The notes beneath the pieces are model-generated. The model saw only the letters and a program-made list of their open reading frames with translations, did not search any database and was not told the origin of the DNA. Shown here piece after piece: positions 43,011-55,890 of a stretch of DNA of 58,238 nucleotides. Position 1 is the first letter of the stretch; each line of letters starts with the position of its first letter. This stretch comes from Pachysolen tannophilus NRRL Y-2460 (taxonomy: Eukaryota): contig KV454018.1 in the NCBI GenBank assembly GCA_001661245.1, positions 62,001 to 120,238 of the forward strand. Reading direction: 5' to 3'. The translations under genes were made by a program, and so were the position numbers.

Positions 43011-45001
43011 TCAAAACTTCAACAAGTCGATGCCATCAGAATCTCTATTCCCAACACCCAATTCCTCCTTCATTAAAATATTATTATCAGCTCTATTACG
43101 ATCACCTCCACCAATCTCGTTTCCATTGTTACTATAGGATACAGTTGTAGCGGTTCCACGATCTGCAACGGTTAACGATGACGACAATGATGACGACATT
43201 GATGTGTCGGCACTGTCTTGTTGGTGGTGATAATCCTTTACTTCAGAGCTATTTTTTCTCTGATGATTTTCTTTTTGATTATTTCTTCCAAACCGTTCAC
43301 CTTGCTCTTGAAAACCTCCTAATTCAGCACACCAACCGAGCCATTCATCTACCCAGCATCTGACAACCCACCATGCACCAAACCCCGCGCCACCAGAGAG
43401 TGAAATCTCTCGCAATGCAGTGGTTAGTAGAGAACTCATACACAATAAAAACATTCTTGCAGGAACTTCTGCCGGAGAGAACTGTTCTGGAATTTTTATT
43501 AAAGAAGTTGACCACTTGCTTACCAATAATTCTTGTAACTGGTGATTAGTCTTGTCATCAGATTCATCAAGAGCGGTTTCGCCTTTGAATTTTTTCAATT
43601 CTTCTTCAGGGGAGTATCTTAATAGCTCAGGCACTTGATTTTGCAAAATATTAAGAACTTTATCAATACTTTTCTGATTTGAGCATGGTAATTCTCTATC
43701 AACAATTTCTTTGAAGTTACAATTTAGCCAGTCATCTAACATTAAATTTCTATCCTGTTTTTGCAGCAAAACTCTGAATGCCGTTTGCGTGGTTTCAACA
43801 ACTCTAATCAATCTAGACACTAACCTTGAAAATTGTTCTGTTAACTTCAATTTTGCCCTAATAAATTCAGTGGGCAAATTTTTTAACAAAACTGATATTC
43901 TTTCGGGATAACTTCTTGAAATATAGTGTAGTTGTTGTAAAACCGAGGGTGGAACTTCTTGTAAAGCAATCTTGGATAACATCTTCATAATAGACTGATA
44001 CATTACTAAATCACAATTAATTATCCAGGGCAAAACGCTCTCTGATACAAATAGCTTATAAACAGGAGGAGTTAGTGAAAGCGGGAAAGAGGATATTATG
44101 TGAAACAATTTTTTCAACTGCATATAACGCAAAGCTTCAAATACTGAAGTGCAGTAAGATTTATATAAATCCTGCAATGTCTCAGCAACATCATAATCAG
44201 TACCTGCTGGTAAGAAAGATTGTAATGGTACCAAATGAAGAGCAAAATCATAATCTTCAGTATCGGTAAATTTTTCAACTTCATTCATTAAATTTGGAAC
44301 AAACTTTAATTCTAGTTTTATGAAATATTTGACATCCAAGTCTAATAAAGGTGTCATCTCAGTCGATGGAGATCCACCTACCCCTAAGTGGCTACCACTA
44401 CCACTATGAGTCGTACTATTTTGCAGGTTATTATTAATGTTAGAAATTGAAGAAGTACGTGAAATAATTGACATTGGTGAATTTGTAGCAGTCATATTAC
44501 TAGTATGAGCAGGTGTATTTGGGAAAGGAGAACCATATGATGGAGTTGTTACAGGTGAGTCTAGAACAGAATCTAATGTATCACCAACTAACTTAATACC
44601 ACAATAATGATATTTACTTTGTCCTCTCATACCAAGACGACGTGTAGAAATATTTGGAAATAATATACGGACCAATTTACCAAAGGAAGCAGCAGATAAA
44701 GGTGTAATCTTATTATTTGCACAAACAGCTGCATATCTTGAATATATTCTATTTCTAGGAACCACAGCATTAGAACTCACTTCACATAATCTTATTAAAC
44801 AAACCATCGCAAAAATTTGACGTTTTCTTTCTCTATTACTTGCTTCTTCAAGTTTTTCTCTTGTCTTCGATCCACTACCACCATTACCACCACCATTTTT
44901 ACTTGTACTAGATGATAACGATAAAGAAGAAGTTGAAGCAGATGCAGATGTTGAATTTGAAATTGAAAGAACTTGACTAATTTTATTGCTATTTCCGTTA
45001 T

Positions 45002-45032
<31 letters not shown>

Positions 45033-45974
45033 ATTGTTATTGTTATTGTTAGAATTAAGGACAGAAGTCTCTGCCATTTTCACTGAAAAAGCAAACTCTT
45101 CAAACGGTACTTCTAAAGCTTTATATGCCAATTCTTTTAATTCTGTATCACCATCATCACCAGGTAAAGCATGATCAGAACGTCTTTGTCTTTTTTTAGC
45201 ACCTGGATTCATTGAACCTCCTATATTTATAAAATTTGTTGCAGAAGCACCAGAACCTGGTGTCGGTGTTCTTGCAATTATTGGCTGGTTGAATTGAGGC
45301 AGAACAGGTGTTTGAAATTGGATATGTCTCAGAGAATCGTTAGCGTTATGAGAAAGATTATTGTTGTTATTCGGGAGATGTAAAGGCTGGTGTTGTTGCT
45401 GTTGCTGTTGCTGTTGATGCTGTTGGTGCTGGTGCTGGTGCTGTTGTTGTAGAACAGCTTGCTGCTGCTGCTGCTGTATCTGTTGCTGAGCTTGGTGTTG
45501 CACATGTTGCTGTGCTGCCGCGTATGCCTGCTGTTGTTGTAACTGAAATTGCATCTGCATTTGTAATTGTAACGACGGAGAATAATTTTGTAATTGAACG
45601 GGGAACATAGGAGCACCAACAGACATGCCTTGAGGTCCATGATGTGTTTGAGAATACTGTAAGTTGAGATTGTTAACATCTCCATTCATATTATTATTAT
45701 TATTATTATTATTGGGAGTAGTAGTAGTATTAGTGGTAGTATTAGGAGCATTGGAAGAAGCGGCGGCGGCGGCGGTTGAGGAGGACGCAGAGGCCACTGC
45801 AGCGGCATTACCTACTAGAGACGAATGTGAACCATCCACAATTGGAGACGCCATCAACTGTCCATTCGAAGCCAATTGAGACAACTGCCGCTGATGATGC
45901 AGAAACTGATCATGAACCAAGCGCCGTCCATCGTTCAATCCGTTATTGCCATGTACTTGCTTATCTCCTTGCAT
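43011..45974 (-). CDS. RFX-family DNA-binding transcription factor (Rfx1/Rfx2-like)
   Basis: RFX winged helix VVPRNRIYSRY...LSAASFGKLVRILFPNISTRRLGMRGQSKYHYCGIKL; polyQ/polyN N-terminus. Confidence 0.93.
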
Positions 45975-46300
45975 GAGTACAATATATAAAAATAATAATA
46001 ATAATAATAATAATAGTGATAGTGATAATAATGTATGTCGGCGGTTAAAATATATATGACTTTTTGAAAAAAAAAAAATAAGCTTTGATCCGATCTGTGA
46101 TCTAAATCTTTGTTCTAATATATGAAATTTATATGCCCCTAAAACAATTTCTTAAATCTAACTAGAATGCTAAAAATGATGATGAAATGAAACCCTAAGT
46201 GAATGAATAAGATCTTTTAAGAATGAAATCTTTTATGGTCCCAATAACCGGAAAAAAAAACCAAACAAAAAACAATAAAAACAAAATAACAAAAAATAAA

Positions 46301-46355
<55 letters not shown>

Positions 46356-46695
46356 NNNNNNNNNNNNNNNNNNNNNNNNNNNNNNNNNNNNNNNNNNNNN
46401 NNNNNNNNNNNNNNNNNNNNNNNNNNNNNNNNNNNNNNNNNNNNNNNNNNNNNNNNNNNNNNNNNNNNNNNNNNNNNNNNNNNNNNNNNNNNNNNNNNNN
46501 NNNNNNNNNNNNNNNNNNNNNNNNNNNNNNNNNNNNNNNNNNNNNNNNNNNNNNNNNNNNNNNNNNNNNNNNNNNNNNNNNNNNNNNNNNNNNNNNNNNN
46601 NNNNNNNNNNNNNNNNNNNNNNNNNNNNNNNNNNNNNNNNNNNNNNNNNNNNNNNNNNNNNNNNNNNNNNNNNNNNNNNNNNNNNNNNNNNNNNN
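46356..46695. other. Assembly gap (340 N) flanked by poly-A
   Basis: Run of n preceded by a >50-nt A homopolymer. Confidence 0.99.
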
Positions 46696-47261
46696 AAAAA
46701 AAAATTTTTTGTACCTTTTCTTGCACAAGTAATTAATTAAATTTTTGTACCAAAAGAAAGATATATATTCAACAAGTCAAATAAATTAAAAAAAAAATTT
46801 TGTTTGAATTGAGAGAGATCTTTAATCTTATTTTCTAGTTGAACTCAATCTTTATTACTGTAGATTATAATGAAACCGATTAATTAGAAAAAAGAAAAAG
46901 AAAACATTAAAAATGAATAAATCTCTTTAGTTTAATCTTATTGTATTGGCGGTAAATACATCTAAAACTTTAGTTGTTACTTTTTTTTTTTTTTTTTTTT
47001 TCTTTGTTAAAAATTGTTATATTATGGTCTCTCAGCTAATGGAAAAATTTTTTTTATTTCTCGATCCAAAAGAAACGATTTGCAAAACATATGATAAGAA
47101 AGAGAAATATAAAGAAGGGCTTCTTGCAGTGAGTAATTGAATGGGCAGGAATAGGAAGGTATAATACAAGGCACGTAGTACTTACAAACATATAATCACA
47201 CTACTCAATAGACTTAAGATTTTATTCCCCATGATCACATAAATTGTTTACTAGTATATAT

Positions 47262-47294
47262 CTGCCTATTGCCTATTGCCTATTGCCTATTGCC
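47262..47294 (+). repeat. (TGCCTAT)4 tandem repeat
   Basis: ctgcctattgcctattgcctattgcctattgcc. Confidence 0.85.
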
Positions 47295-47892
47295 CACTTC
47301 CTATAATAAATATATTTATATATATATATATATAACATAGTTCAAGGTTGATGATGGTCCATTAATATTATTATATCTAAGCTTTAGTGGTATTTTTGGT
47401 TCAATGAAAAAAAATTTTTTTTTCTTTCAGAAAATAATAATAATAATAATAAGTTAAAAAACGGTTTCCGTTTTGTTAGATCTTATCGCCATACTTTGAA
47501 ATTGATTATGGTTTTTAAACCCGACTAGGTAATAATAATAATAATATGTAAGAAACAATTTTAAAAAATTTTAAGTAATTGATCGCCAGTTTTTAAAAAA
47601 GATTTCTTAGGATTCTTACTTCACCCACTCACTGTACCCACTATATTCACTTACTTATTTATTCACTTATTCACTTACTCATTATACCCCCCTGCCTAGT
47701 TTTGAAACTTTGAGGGCAAGGCAATTTTCTATTTTCATGTATGTTATTTACGCATGTACGCACATTAAATTTAATAATAAGAATAATACACTAAAATTAA
47801 ATTATTATATACCAATTTTTGTTTTTTTTTGGAAAATATACGGTTTATATGGATATTATGATATACTAATAATTATTATTAAAAAGTTGAGA

Positions 47893-50376
47893 CTAATTGT
47901 TACCATTGCTGCTATTGTTACTATTGTTATTATCAATCTTACTTTTGGTGTCTCTATGCAGATCTAATGATCTATCTTGATGTTGTGCACTGCGTGCCTG
48001 TTTTTGCTGTATAAACGGCTGCAGCTGAATGCTGTGCGGTACTATATCCATAGATGATGCAGTAGGAGCTACTCCTTGGCTAAAACTGTTTAAAACATTA
48101 ACTATATGGGGATGGTATTGTTGAGGCTGATGAGGCTGTTGAGGCTGCTGAGGCTGCCGTGACTGTTGAGTCTGTTGAGACTGTTGAGACTGTTGCTGGT
48201 GATGTTGCTCTTGTGACTGATGACCGGTCAAGACATGGAATGGGGCAATATTTCTATTGACATGATTATTACTAATAAAACTATTATTTTGAATATGTCG
48301 TTGTTGTTGTTGGTTGACGTTTTCTCTAGTAGAATTATTGAAAAAATCTATTTTATTTGATGTACCATTAAAATCGTTTATTAGTTCATTTCTTGCAATG
48401 TTCTCATCTCGCTTAAGTTTCCGTTCAACCTTCATTTTCAAATTTTGATTATTCATCATTTGATCAATTAAATCTTTATTGGAAAATTTAATAAATGAAT
48501 TGAAAAATCTATTAAATTGAATAGCAACTTCTGTATTATTAAATAATTGATTATTATTAAAATAAGGATAATATTTTTCAATTAAAACTTGACATAATTC
48601 TTTAGTAAATATTTGATCATTTACATTAAAAGAAGAATTGGATTGTGATTTTAAAAAATTTGAATTATTTATTACATCATTATTTGTTTGTTGTTCTTGT
48701 TGTTGAATCCCACCATTTTCAATATCATCTTCAGAAATTGAAAATTCTTTTCTAACCAATGCTATAATATCTTCATCTTTAAGATGGAAATTAACAACTT
48801 TTTCTTCTTTTGGAAACAAAAAACTATCCATTGTATAATTTGAACGGATAAAATTTTTATCACTAAATATTTTTAATAAACTTAAAATCTTTGATTCTTT
48901 TACAACATCTTTAACAATATATAATTTTTTTTTAAAAGTATTAACATCAATTGATAAATCTTTTTCTAAATTATTATGATCATTATAATTTAAAGGTGGT
49001 AAAAGATTAGAATTTTTAAAACATTGAACAAATAAATTTTTGTTATAACAAATTAATTCCCATGAATCTGATATTATACTAATTAAATCAGGTTTAGAAA
49101 TAGTAAAATCTTTAGGTTTAGCAAAATCTAACATTAATTTTTTTAAAAAAACTTGTAAAATAGTATCTTTTATATGACATTTGAAAATTCTTAAAACACC
49201 AAAATCTAAAGGATAATATTTTAAACTGTTTAAATTTGGTGAAAAATAAACAATTTTAATTTTTGATAATTCATTTCCTGGAATTAAATGTTGATATAAA
49301 TTATCCATTAATAAAACTATTGGCTCTGTAACTATTTCATTTAATTTTTTTATATAATGATAAACAATTTCTGTACTTAATAATCCTGTATTAGAAAAAT
49401 ATAAATTTTGAATAAGTTGTTGATCTTTAAAACGAACATCAGTTATTATTAAGGGACTAAGTTGATTAATACCACTAGCGTTACCCAAGATACCAACAAT
49501 TACTCTATTTGATGGGTCACCAATCGATAATTCCGATAATGAAGCATTGTTTTCATTATCATTATCATTATCACTATTAGTGTTTTGATTTGAAGAGTTT
49601 AGTCCAAAAATTGGGAAATCTGTTCTTATTGAAATTTCATCAAATTGATAGATTTGATGAGGTTTATAACCTAATAATTCATTTCTAATTCTTAATTTTT
49701 CATCTCTCATATCTTTAATTCCAAATAATTTAGAATCTTTATAAAAATTTGAAGTAACTTCTTTTTTTATTTGATGTCTTTTTTTAAAATAATGTAACCA
49801 CCCATTAGATTTTGTTGTTATCATCAGAATTTCTCTATCAGATAAATTATGATAATTTTTATAAAAATCTTTCCATTTACTAATTAAAAATCTTTCTGTT
49901 AATTTCAAATTTTCATTTAAAGATTGATCATAATATATTTCTAAACATCTATTAGCTTCTGGATATTTAAATTTTGGTTTTGTCTTATAAGTTTTATTAT
50001 TATTTAAACTTAAATTTTTATAATCTTCACGAAGTTTATCTTCTGTAAGTATCCATCTATTTAATGTAGATTTAGTTATAGCAAATTCATTTAACCTACT
50101 AAAATATTTGACCGTTTGTAATTGAGTCTTTTTCTCTGAATTATGATGCCAATCTAAAACATCTATCTTCTGTTGTAATGTAGCTCTTGGTAATCTAGAT
50201 GAAATATCTTCCTCATCTTCTAAATTATTTTCTTCAACTTCTCTCTCAAGTTGATGATAAGAATTAGAATTATTATTATCACCATGATCATGATTTACAA
50301 CATGATCATCATCAACACCAGACCGTTGAAGCAATTGCGGATCCGTCACATTAACAGAATTAACACTATCACTCAT
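47893..50376 (-). CDS. CENP-B/Tigger/Pdc2-like protein (two HTH domains plus DDE_1-like domain)
   Basis: ATLQQKIDVLDW...TKSTLNRWI (CENP-B N HTH), KYPEANRCL...SNGWLHYFKKRH (Tc5 HTH), IYQFDE, VLLMDN, YPLDFGV; Q/N-rich tail. Confidence 0.87.
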   Translation of the reverse strand: MSDSVNSVNVTDPQLLQRSGVDDDHVVNHDHGDNNNSNSYHQLEREVEENNLEDEEDISSRLPRATLQQKIDVLDWHHNSEKKTQLQTVKYFSRLNEFAITKSTLNRWILTEDKLREDYKNLSLNNNKTYKTKPKFKYPEANRCLEIYYDQSLNENLKLTERFLISKWKDFYKNYHNLSDREILMITTKSNGWLHYFKKRHQIKKEVTSNFYKDSKLFGIKDMRDEKLRIRNELLGYKPHQIYQFDEISIRTDFPIFGLNSSNQNTNSDNDNDNENNASLSELSIGDPSNRVIVGILGNASGINQLSPLIITDVRFKDQQLIQNLYFSNTGLLSTEIVYHYIKKLNEIVTEPIVLLMDNLYQHLIPGNELSKIKIVYFSPNLNSLKYYPLDFGVLRIFKCHIKDTILQVFLKKLMLDFAKPKDFTISKPDLISIISDSWELICYNKNLFVQCFKNSNLLPPLNYNDHNNLEKDLSIDVNTFKKKLYIVKDVVKESKILSLLKIFSDKNFIRSNYTMDSFLFPKEEKVVNFHLKDEDIIALVRKEFSISEDDIENGGIQQQEQQTNNDVINNSNFLKSQSNSSFNVNDQIFTKELCQVLIEKYYPYFNNNQLFNNTEVAIQFNRFFNSFIKFSNKDLIDQMMNNQNLKMKVERKLKRDENIARNELINDFNGTSNKIDFFNNSTRENVNQQQQRHIQNNSFISNNHVNRNIAPFHVLTGHQSQEQHHQQQSQQSQQTQQSRQPQQPQQPHQPQQYHPHIVNVLNSFSQGVAPTASSMDIVPHSIQLQPFIQQKQARSAQHQDRSLDLHRDTKSKIDNNNSNNSSNGNN

Positions 50377-51099
50377 ATTTAAAATATTACTTCCCTTTGA
50401 TCTACAAGCCTAAACTGATGGCTTGGGTTTGTTTTTTCTTCTTCTTATGCTTTTCTTGTAATTATTCCATTTTTTGGGAACTTATTATAGTTAATTCGAT
50501 GTTATTTGTTGTTTACAACCTTAGTGTAAACGGGATTTTCCCTATACAAATTTTATTTGTACTACCACGCACGACTAAAATTTTTAAAAATTAAAAATTT
50601 TTAAAAAAAAAGTTTTCCTTTTTTGGACTTTTAAGAGTTTCAAACACGACTTGTAAAGAAAAAGAAAAAAACTTTTTTTAATAAACTCTTGCACGTCCTT
50701 TTATATTATTAGACAAAAAAAAAAGTGTATTTACATTCCAACAATATATCAATAATTTAATGATGATTTTGTAATGTAAATAATAAGTAAAATCATTAAC
50801 AGGTAATATAACAAAGAGAAACAAAAAAAAAAAAAATGTATAGGGAAAGAGAAAGAAAAATAAAAGAAAAAAAAGAGACCGCCCAAAAGTAAAAAATAAC
50901 CAAAAAAAGTATTCAATCGTAACGTACTAACCAACAAACCACCTAACCAACAAATCAACCATATAGAGCATAAAACTATTCTATGCTTTGCCTCCGGAAA
51001 CAAAAAAAAAACAAAATGAAAAATAAAATAAAAAAAACATCAAAAAAAAATTTAAAATTAAATATAAATACATCATCCTCTATACTTAAATCTAACCTT

Positions 51100-52701
51100 T
51101 TATCTTCTAGGAGATGGAGTGAAAAAATTAACGTAATCGCTCATACTGAAATTTCCTCTTTTACCAGGAGTTGCAGGTGTTAAAAATCGATTATCAAGAT
51201 TTCTTTCTCTATTCCCACTTAAAGGTGTTGATCCTAAAGCATTGGCGGCAGCAATTCCTGCTGAAGTTGGTGGTGTAGAATTTAATGGATTATGATTAAT
51301 TTGTCCACCAATTGAAGAATTAATATTACCATTATTATTACTTATATCAAATGAAAGTTTCTTTGGAGTTGTTGGAAGCATCTTATTTATATTATTCGAA
51401 CTATGATAAGCAGCAGGTGAAGGTGAAGTTGCCAAAAACATTAACAAATCAGCACCTTCATCATGATCATCAGTTGAAGAATTATTATGTTGATGATGAG
51501 TATTAACTTGATTATTTAAAGATATTGTAGGTAAACCATTACCATTACCATTATTAGAATTCTTATTTAAAAATAAAATATTTCGATGTGAAGTTGTTGA
51601 AGTTGGAGTTTTGAAATTAGCAGAACGACGAATAACTTTTGATTTTGGTGTAGAAAATAAAGCATTTGGTGAAAATGAATTACAAGATTCTGATTTGTTT
51701 CCATTAATACCATTATTATTTGTATTATTATTATTATTATTATTATTACCATTGACCATGTTAAGAGTAGCTGATTTTCTAGGTGGTGTCTTTGGAGGAA
51801 CTCTTGTTTCACCAACAGTTGTATACATAGGTGATGAAGGTAAATTATTAAGTCTTTTTGTTGGTGATTCATAATCATCTGTTTCATAATCATCTGTTTC
51901 TGTATCTTTTGACCTATTAATACTATGATTACTTTGATCATTATCCTTTTCATACAAGTTTTTATGTGATCTTTTCCTATTTATTGACCCTAACCCTGAC
52001 CCTGATGATGATAAAGAACTAAATGAAGTTGATTTAGATAGTTGTTGATGAACTCTAGCAGGATTTTGTAATACTTCTTTCATCCTAGAAGCTGATGCCA
52101 AGATAGAAGCCGATGTAGATGATGATGATGATAATGAATGTTGTATAGGACTTGAACTTGAACCATTACTTGGACCTGGTCCTTTAACTGAAGTAGCAGT
52201 AGTTGAAGTAGCAGAATTAACTGGAACTGGAGGTGAAGAGTCAGGTGATAACGACGACAAAGTATTAATTTTTTTATTACCATTATTTTTTTGTAAATGA
52301 TCATTTTCTATTGGAATACCATTATCAATCTTAGCTTTTATACCTGCTTTTAACAATTTTGTCTTTAAGCGTCTAGTTATCCTTGCAATTTCTGCTCTTT
52401 TCAAAATATTTTCAGCAATAAATTCTTCTTTATTTTGATTTTGATTATGTTGTGACACTTGTAAAGGTAACAGTTGTTGTGATGATGATCCATTCGATCC
52501 ATTCGATCCATTCGATCCATTCGAACCAGCTGATCCAGATGATGATCCAGACGATGATCCAGACGACACTGACGAAACAGGCACGGACGTAGTTCCGACC
52601 GCTCCAGCAGCAATATCTGTTGAAGACAGCATTTGATTAGTTAACGAGTGTTGTTGTGATTCCCGAAGTGCTGTCACTATATTATTTTGCACTTTTTGCA
52701 T
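51100..52701 (-). CDS. Whi5/Stb1-like G1/S transcription co-regulator
   Basis: Disordered SP/TP-rich 533 aa with EIARITRRLKTKLLKA (Whi5 GTB-like helix), EGADLLMFLATSPSP and FSMSDYVNFFTPSP motifs. Confidence 0.7.
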   Translation of the reverse strand: MQKVQNNIVTALRESQQHSLTNQMLSSTDIAAGAVGTTSVPVSSVSSGSSSGSSSGSAGSNGSNGSNGSNGSSSQQLLPLQVSQHNQNQNKEEFIAENILKRAEIARITRRLKTKLLKAGIKAKIDNGIPIENDHLQKNNGNKKINTLSSLSPDSSPPVPVNSATSTTATSVKGPGPSNGSSSSPIQHSLSSSSSTSASILASASRMKEVLQNPARVHQQLSKSTSFSSLSSSGSGLGSINRKRSHKNLYEKDNDQSNHSINRSKDTETDDYETDDYESPTKRLNNLPSSPMYTTVGETRVPPKTPPRKSATLNMVNGNNNNNNNNTNNNGINGNKSESCNSFSPNALFSTPKSKVIRRSANFKTPTSTTSHRNILFLNKNSNNGNGNGLPTISLNNQVNTHHQHNNSSTDDHDEGADLLMFLATSPSPAAYHSSNNINKMLPTTPKKLSFDISNNNGNINSSIGGQINHNPLNSTPPTSAGIAAANALGSTPLSGNRERNLDNRFLTPATPGKRGNFSMSDYVNFFTPSPRR

Positions 52702-53149
52702 TTTAAATAAAATAAAATAAAGAAGGAAAAATTAAAATAAAATAAAAAATAAAATAAAAATTGGGTATTTTCTTAACCAACGGTAATAATAAATATTAAA
52801 GTAATTTAAACAATTTTATATCAAGAATAAATTGTATCCATATATACGTAGACTAATAAAATACACTCATACAACACACACACGCACACACAAAACACAC
52901 AACACACAATCAGAAACACACACAAAAGCACACACACACACACACGGATACACAGATATACAGATATATGGATATATATTTAAACGATGGATAAGAAGAT
53001 GGCTCTAAGGTAAAAAAAAAAAAAAAAAAAAAAAAAGAAATTTAGATTATAATTTAGCTATAAAAAACCTAGCTAGTTAGCTAGCTAGCTGTACATGTAC
53101 ATAATTTAAAAAGAAGTATTAAAAAAAAAAAAAAAAAAAATTTTTTTTT

Positions 53150-53155
53150 ACGCGT
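53150..53155. promoter_or_regulatory. MCB element (ACGCGT) upstream of the Whi5/Stb1-like gene
   Basis: ACGCGT embedded in poly-T ~450 bp upstream of the ATG; CG-rich hexamer is rare in this AT-rich DNA. Confidence 0.5.
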
Positions 53156-53712
53156 TTTTTACCGAATTGGGTAAATTGGGTAAATTGGCTCAAGTTTTAA
53201 TATTAATAATAACGTGAAATTTCAAGGAAGAGAAGAGAATAGAATAAAAGATAATATGAGCTTTTAATAGAACTTGGTTTAATAGATAAATTGAAGTATC
53301 TTAAAGATAGGAAAAGATAAGTAAAGTGCATATAAGTCTCATCTTGTTAGTGTTAGCCTAGCCTATAAGCAATTTAATTGTAAAATTACAAACAAATTAA
53401 CAACAGGGTTTATTTATTATTATGGTGAAGAATTTTTTAAAAAAAACAAAAAAAAAATTCTAGTTAAAGAAATATTTCCTAAAAGGGTAAGGTGATGAAA
53501 ATCTGCCTATTGCGACGAACGACAGAAAGAAAGAAAGAAAGAAAAAAAAATTTTTTTATTTTTATTTTTTTTGATATATCCCTTACATGACACGTAAAGA
53601 CAATAAATATCTCTTTTTGGTTGAGAGAAGGTTATTTACGCACTGTTTACCCATGTAAGTAAAACTTAAAAGAATTAATATTTATTTTATTGGGAATTTA
53701 TTGATCTTCAAG

Positions 53713-53854
53713 GAAAGTAAAAGTAAAAGTAAAAGTAAAAGTAAAAGTAAAAGTAAAAGTAAAAATTAGAGAAATTGGGTTGGGAAAATCAATAAACTAA
53801 TTTTCCTTTCTTTTCTTTTCTTTTCTTTTCTTTTCTTTTCTTTTCTTTTCTTTT
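53713..53854 (+). repeat. Microsatellites (AAAAGT)n and (TTTTC)n
   Basis: About 8 AAAAGT units at 53713-53764 and about 9 TTTTC units at 53806-53854. Confidence 0.9.
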
Positions 53855-54666
53855 AGTTTCAGTTTGCCTCACAAATAAATTGATATGGTGATGTCTTTTA
53901 AATCTTATGAGACTACTCCAACACAATAAATGTATTCCACTATGTTGTTAGTTAAGCTTTTACTTTTATTTATTTAAATTTTTCTGGTAGTGCATGATGT
54001 GTCAACTCTTTCGATCTCTTGAATGAACGAAAAAAGAAAAAAAAAAGAAAAATTTTTCCTTTTTCCAATAAGAGAAGAAAAAAATTGTGCGAGAGATGTT
54101 TTTAACATATACTTTATTTATTATATTATAATTATAATTATTTAATATATTTTAAATATTTTAAATATTTTAAATATATGTATAGCGCTAAGTTAAAAAT
54201 CAGTTGCAAATGATTTAGAAAATTTTGTTTTTCTAAAGGAATAGAAAAATTTCATGAAATTTTGAATCTAAGTATGTATATATAATCAAAAATGTTTACT
54301 TTTTTTTTTTTGTCCCGCAGCCCATTAATTATGTCCTTAAGTACTGGGAATTTTAAAAAATTATTTTTATTTGAATGATGATAAATTGATAATGTTGCTT
54401 GAAATGGCTTAACTGCTTTTGTGTGAGCACAATGATTTCTCAATAGACTACAACGGTATCTGATCAATAAATAAAAAAAAATTTTTGCTTTTTTTTTTAA
54501 GGCTTATCCAACTAAAATTATAAGTTACATAGTACTAAGGATTTATTATTGGAATCATTAAAGGAAGAAAGAAAAATGAAAAAATAGGTTTAATTTACTA
54601 ACGTTTTTCCAATTTTTTTTTTTTTTTCGATTAGAGAAAGAAGGATAATCATTTTTATAAATAATA

Positions 54667-55890
54667 ATGTCAAAAAGAAAAAATTATCTTGATAGTATTT
54701 ATAGGAATCCATTACCAATAAATTTAACTCTGTTAAATTTGAAAAATTTGGTTTTCGGATTTGATATCCATCAAGATCAAATTTTAATTAGATATCAAGA
54801 TTTTATATTTAAAGCTTTAGATGAAAATTCTATTAAAAAATTATGGTTTAATGGATTTTTCGGTAAGGGACAATTAAGTAGATCTGAACCAACTTTTAAA
54901 GAAAGAACAAAGAGAAGAATTTTACCTATAAAAGATTTTGAAAAATTATCTTCAGAAGAAATAACTAAATTAAGAAGAGAAGAAAGGAAAAAATTTAAAC
55001 AAGAAAGATTAACATTAGAAAAACAAGAAATTTTATTAAAATCAAATAAAAATTTTGAAGAATTACAAAAAATTGAATTTTTAAAACATGAATTAAATTC
55101 TAAACAAAAAATTTCAAATAAAAAATCATTAAAAGAATTATTTGATGAACAAATTATTAAAAATGGGAAAGATTTTAATATAAATGAATTACGTAAAGAA
55201 GATTTATTACTTGTTAAAAAAGATGATGAAGGAAATATGGATATTGAAAATATTGAATATTTACAATTAATGCCAGTTGAACTGTTTTTCTTAAGATTTT
55301 TAAATCTTTGTGAAATTATTTATACTGATGCCGATACCGATACCGATCAAGATATTGATAATATTGATGATGATTATAATGATCATGAAATAACGATGTT
55401 CCCCTTACGTAAATTATTTTATACTTGTATCTCTATTGATCATTTACAACCAGATAATCGTTTTATAATATCATATATTGTTTATCATCACTATAGATCA
55501 TTAGGATGGTGTGTAAAATCAGGTATCAAATTTTCAACCGATTTCATATTATATAAAAAAGGTCCACCTTTTCAACATGCACGTTACGCAGTGACAATAG
55601 TACCGAATTATGAAAATGATGATGAAAATATGGAAAATCCTTCTGCAACAGATAAAAACAATTGGATATGGTTTTCTTCCTTAAATAGAGTTGTCAGTGG
55701 AGTAAAGAAAAACTTGATCTTTTGCTATGTTGATATTCCTAAATTGGATATCTTTATGGATAAAATGAGAGAAATTGATGAGTTAGATGATTATTATGAT
55801 GAAGGTGATAAATTTAAAGAATTATTTGAATTGTATAAAATTTATGAAATCGGGATCAAAAGATGGTTGCCTACTAAAAATAGAGATTGA
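54667..55890 (+). CDS. SEN2: tRNA-splicing endonuclease catalytic subunit Sen2
   Basis: GFFGKGQLSRSEPT, EYLQLMPVE, YHHYRSLGWCVKSGIKFSTDFILYKKGPPFQHA, NRVVSGVKK, KRWLPTKNRD. Confidence 0.95.
   Translation: MSKRKNYLDSIYRNPLPINLTLLNLKNLVFGFDIHQDQILIRYQDFIFKALDENSIKKLWFNGFFGKGQLSRSEPTFKERTKRRILPIKDFEKLSSEEITKLRREERKKFKQERLTLEKQEILLKSNKNFEELQKIEFLKHELNSKQKISNKKSLKELFDEQIIKNGKDFNINELRKEDLLLVKKDDEGNMDIENIEYLQLMPVELFFLRFLNLCEIIYTDADTDTDQDIDNIDDDYNDHEITMFPLRKLFYTCISIDHLQPDNRFIISYIVYHHYRSLGWCVKSGIKFSTDFILYKKGPPFQHARYAVTIVPNYENDDENMENPSATDKNNWIWFSSLNRVVSGVKKNLIFCYVDIPKLDIFMDKMREIDELDDYYDEGDKFKELFELYKIYEIGIKRWLPTKNRD

Noticed and set aside
46195..46732. ORFs spanning the N run
   Set aside because: Artefacts of the assembly gap and poly-A.
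52860..53190. CA-rich tract, GCTA/GTAC palindromic run and TAAATTGGG repeats as telomeric or CRISPR-like arrays
   Set aside because: Simple slippage repeats with no unique spacers, typical of this genome's intergenic DNA.
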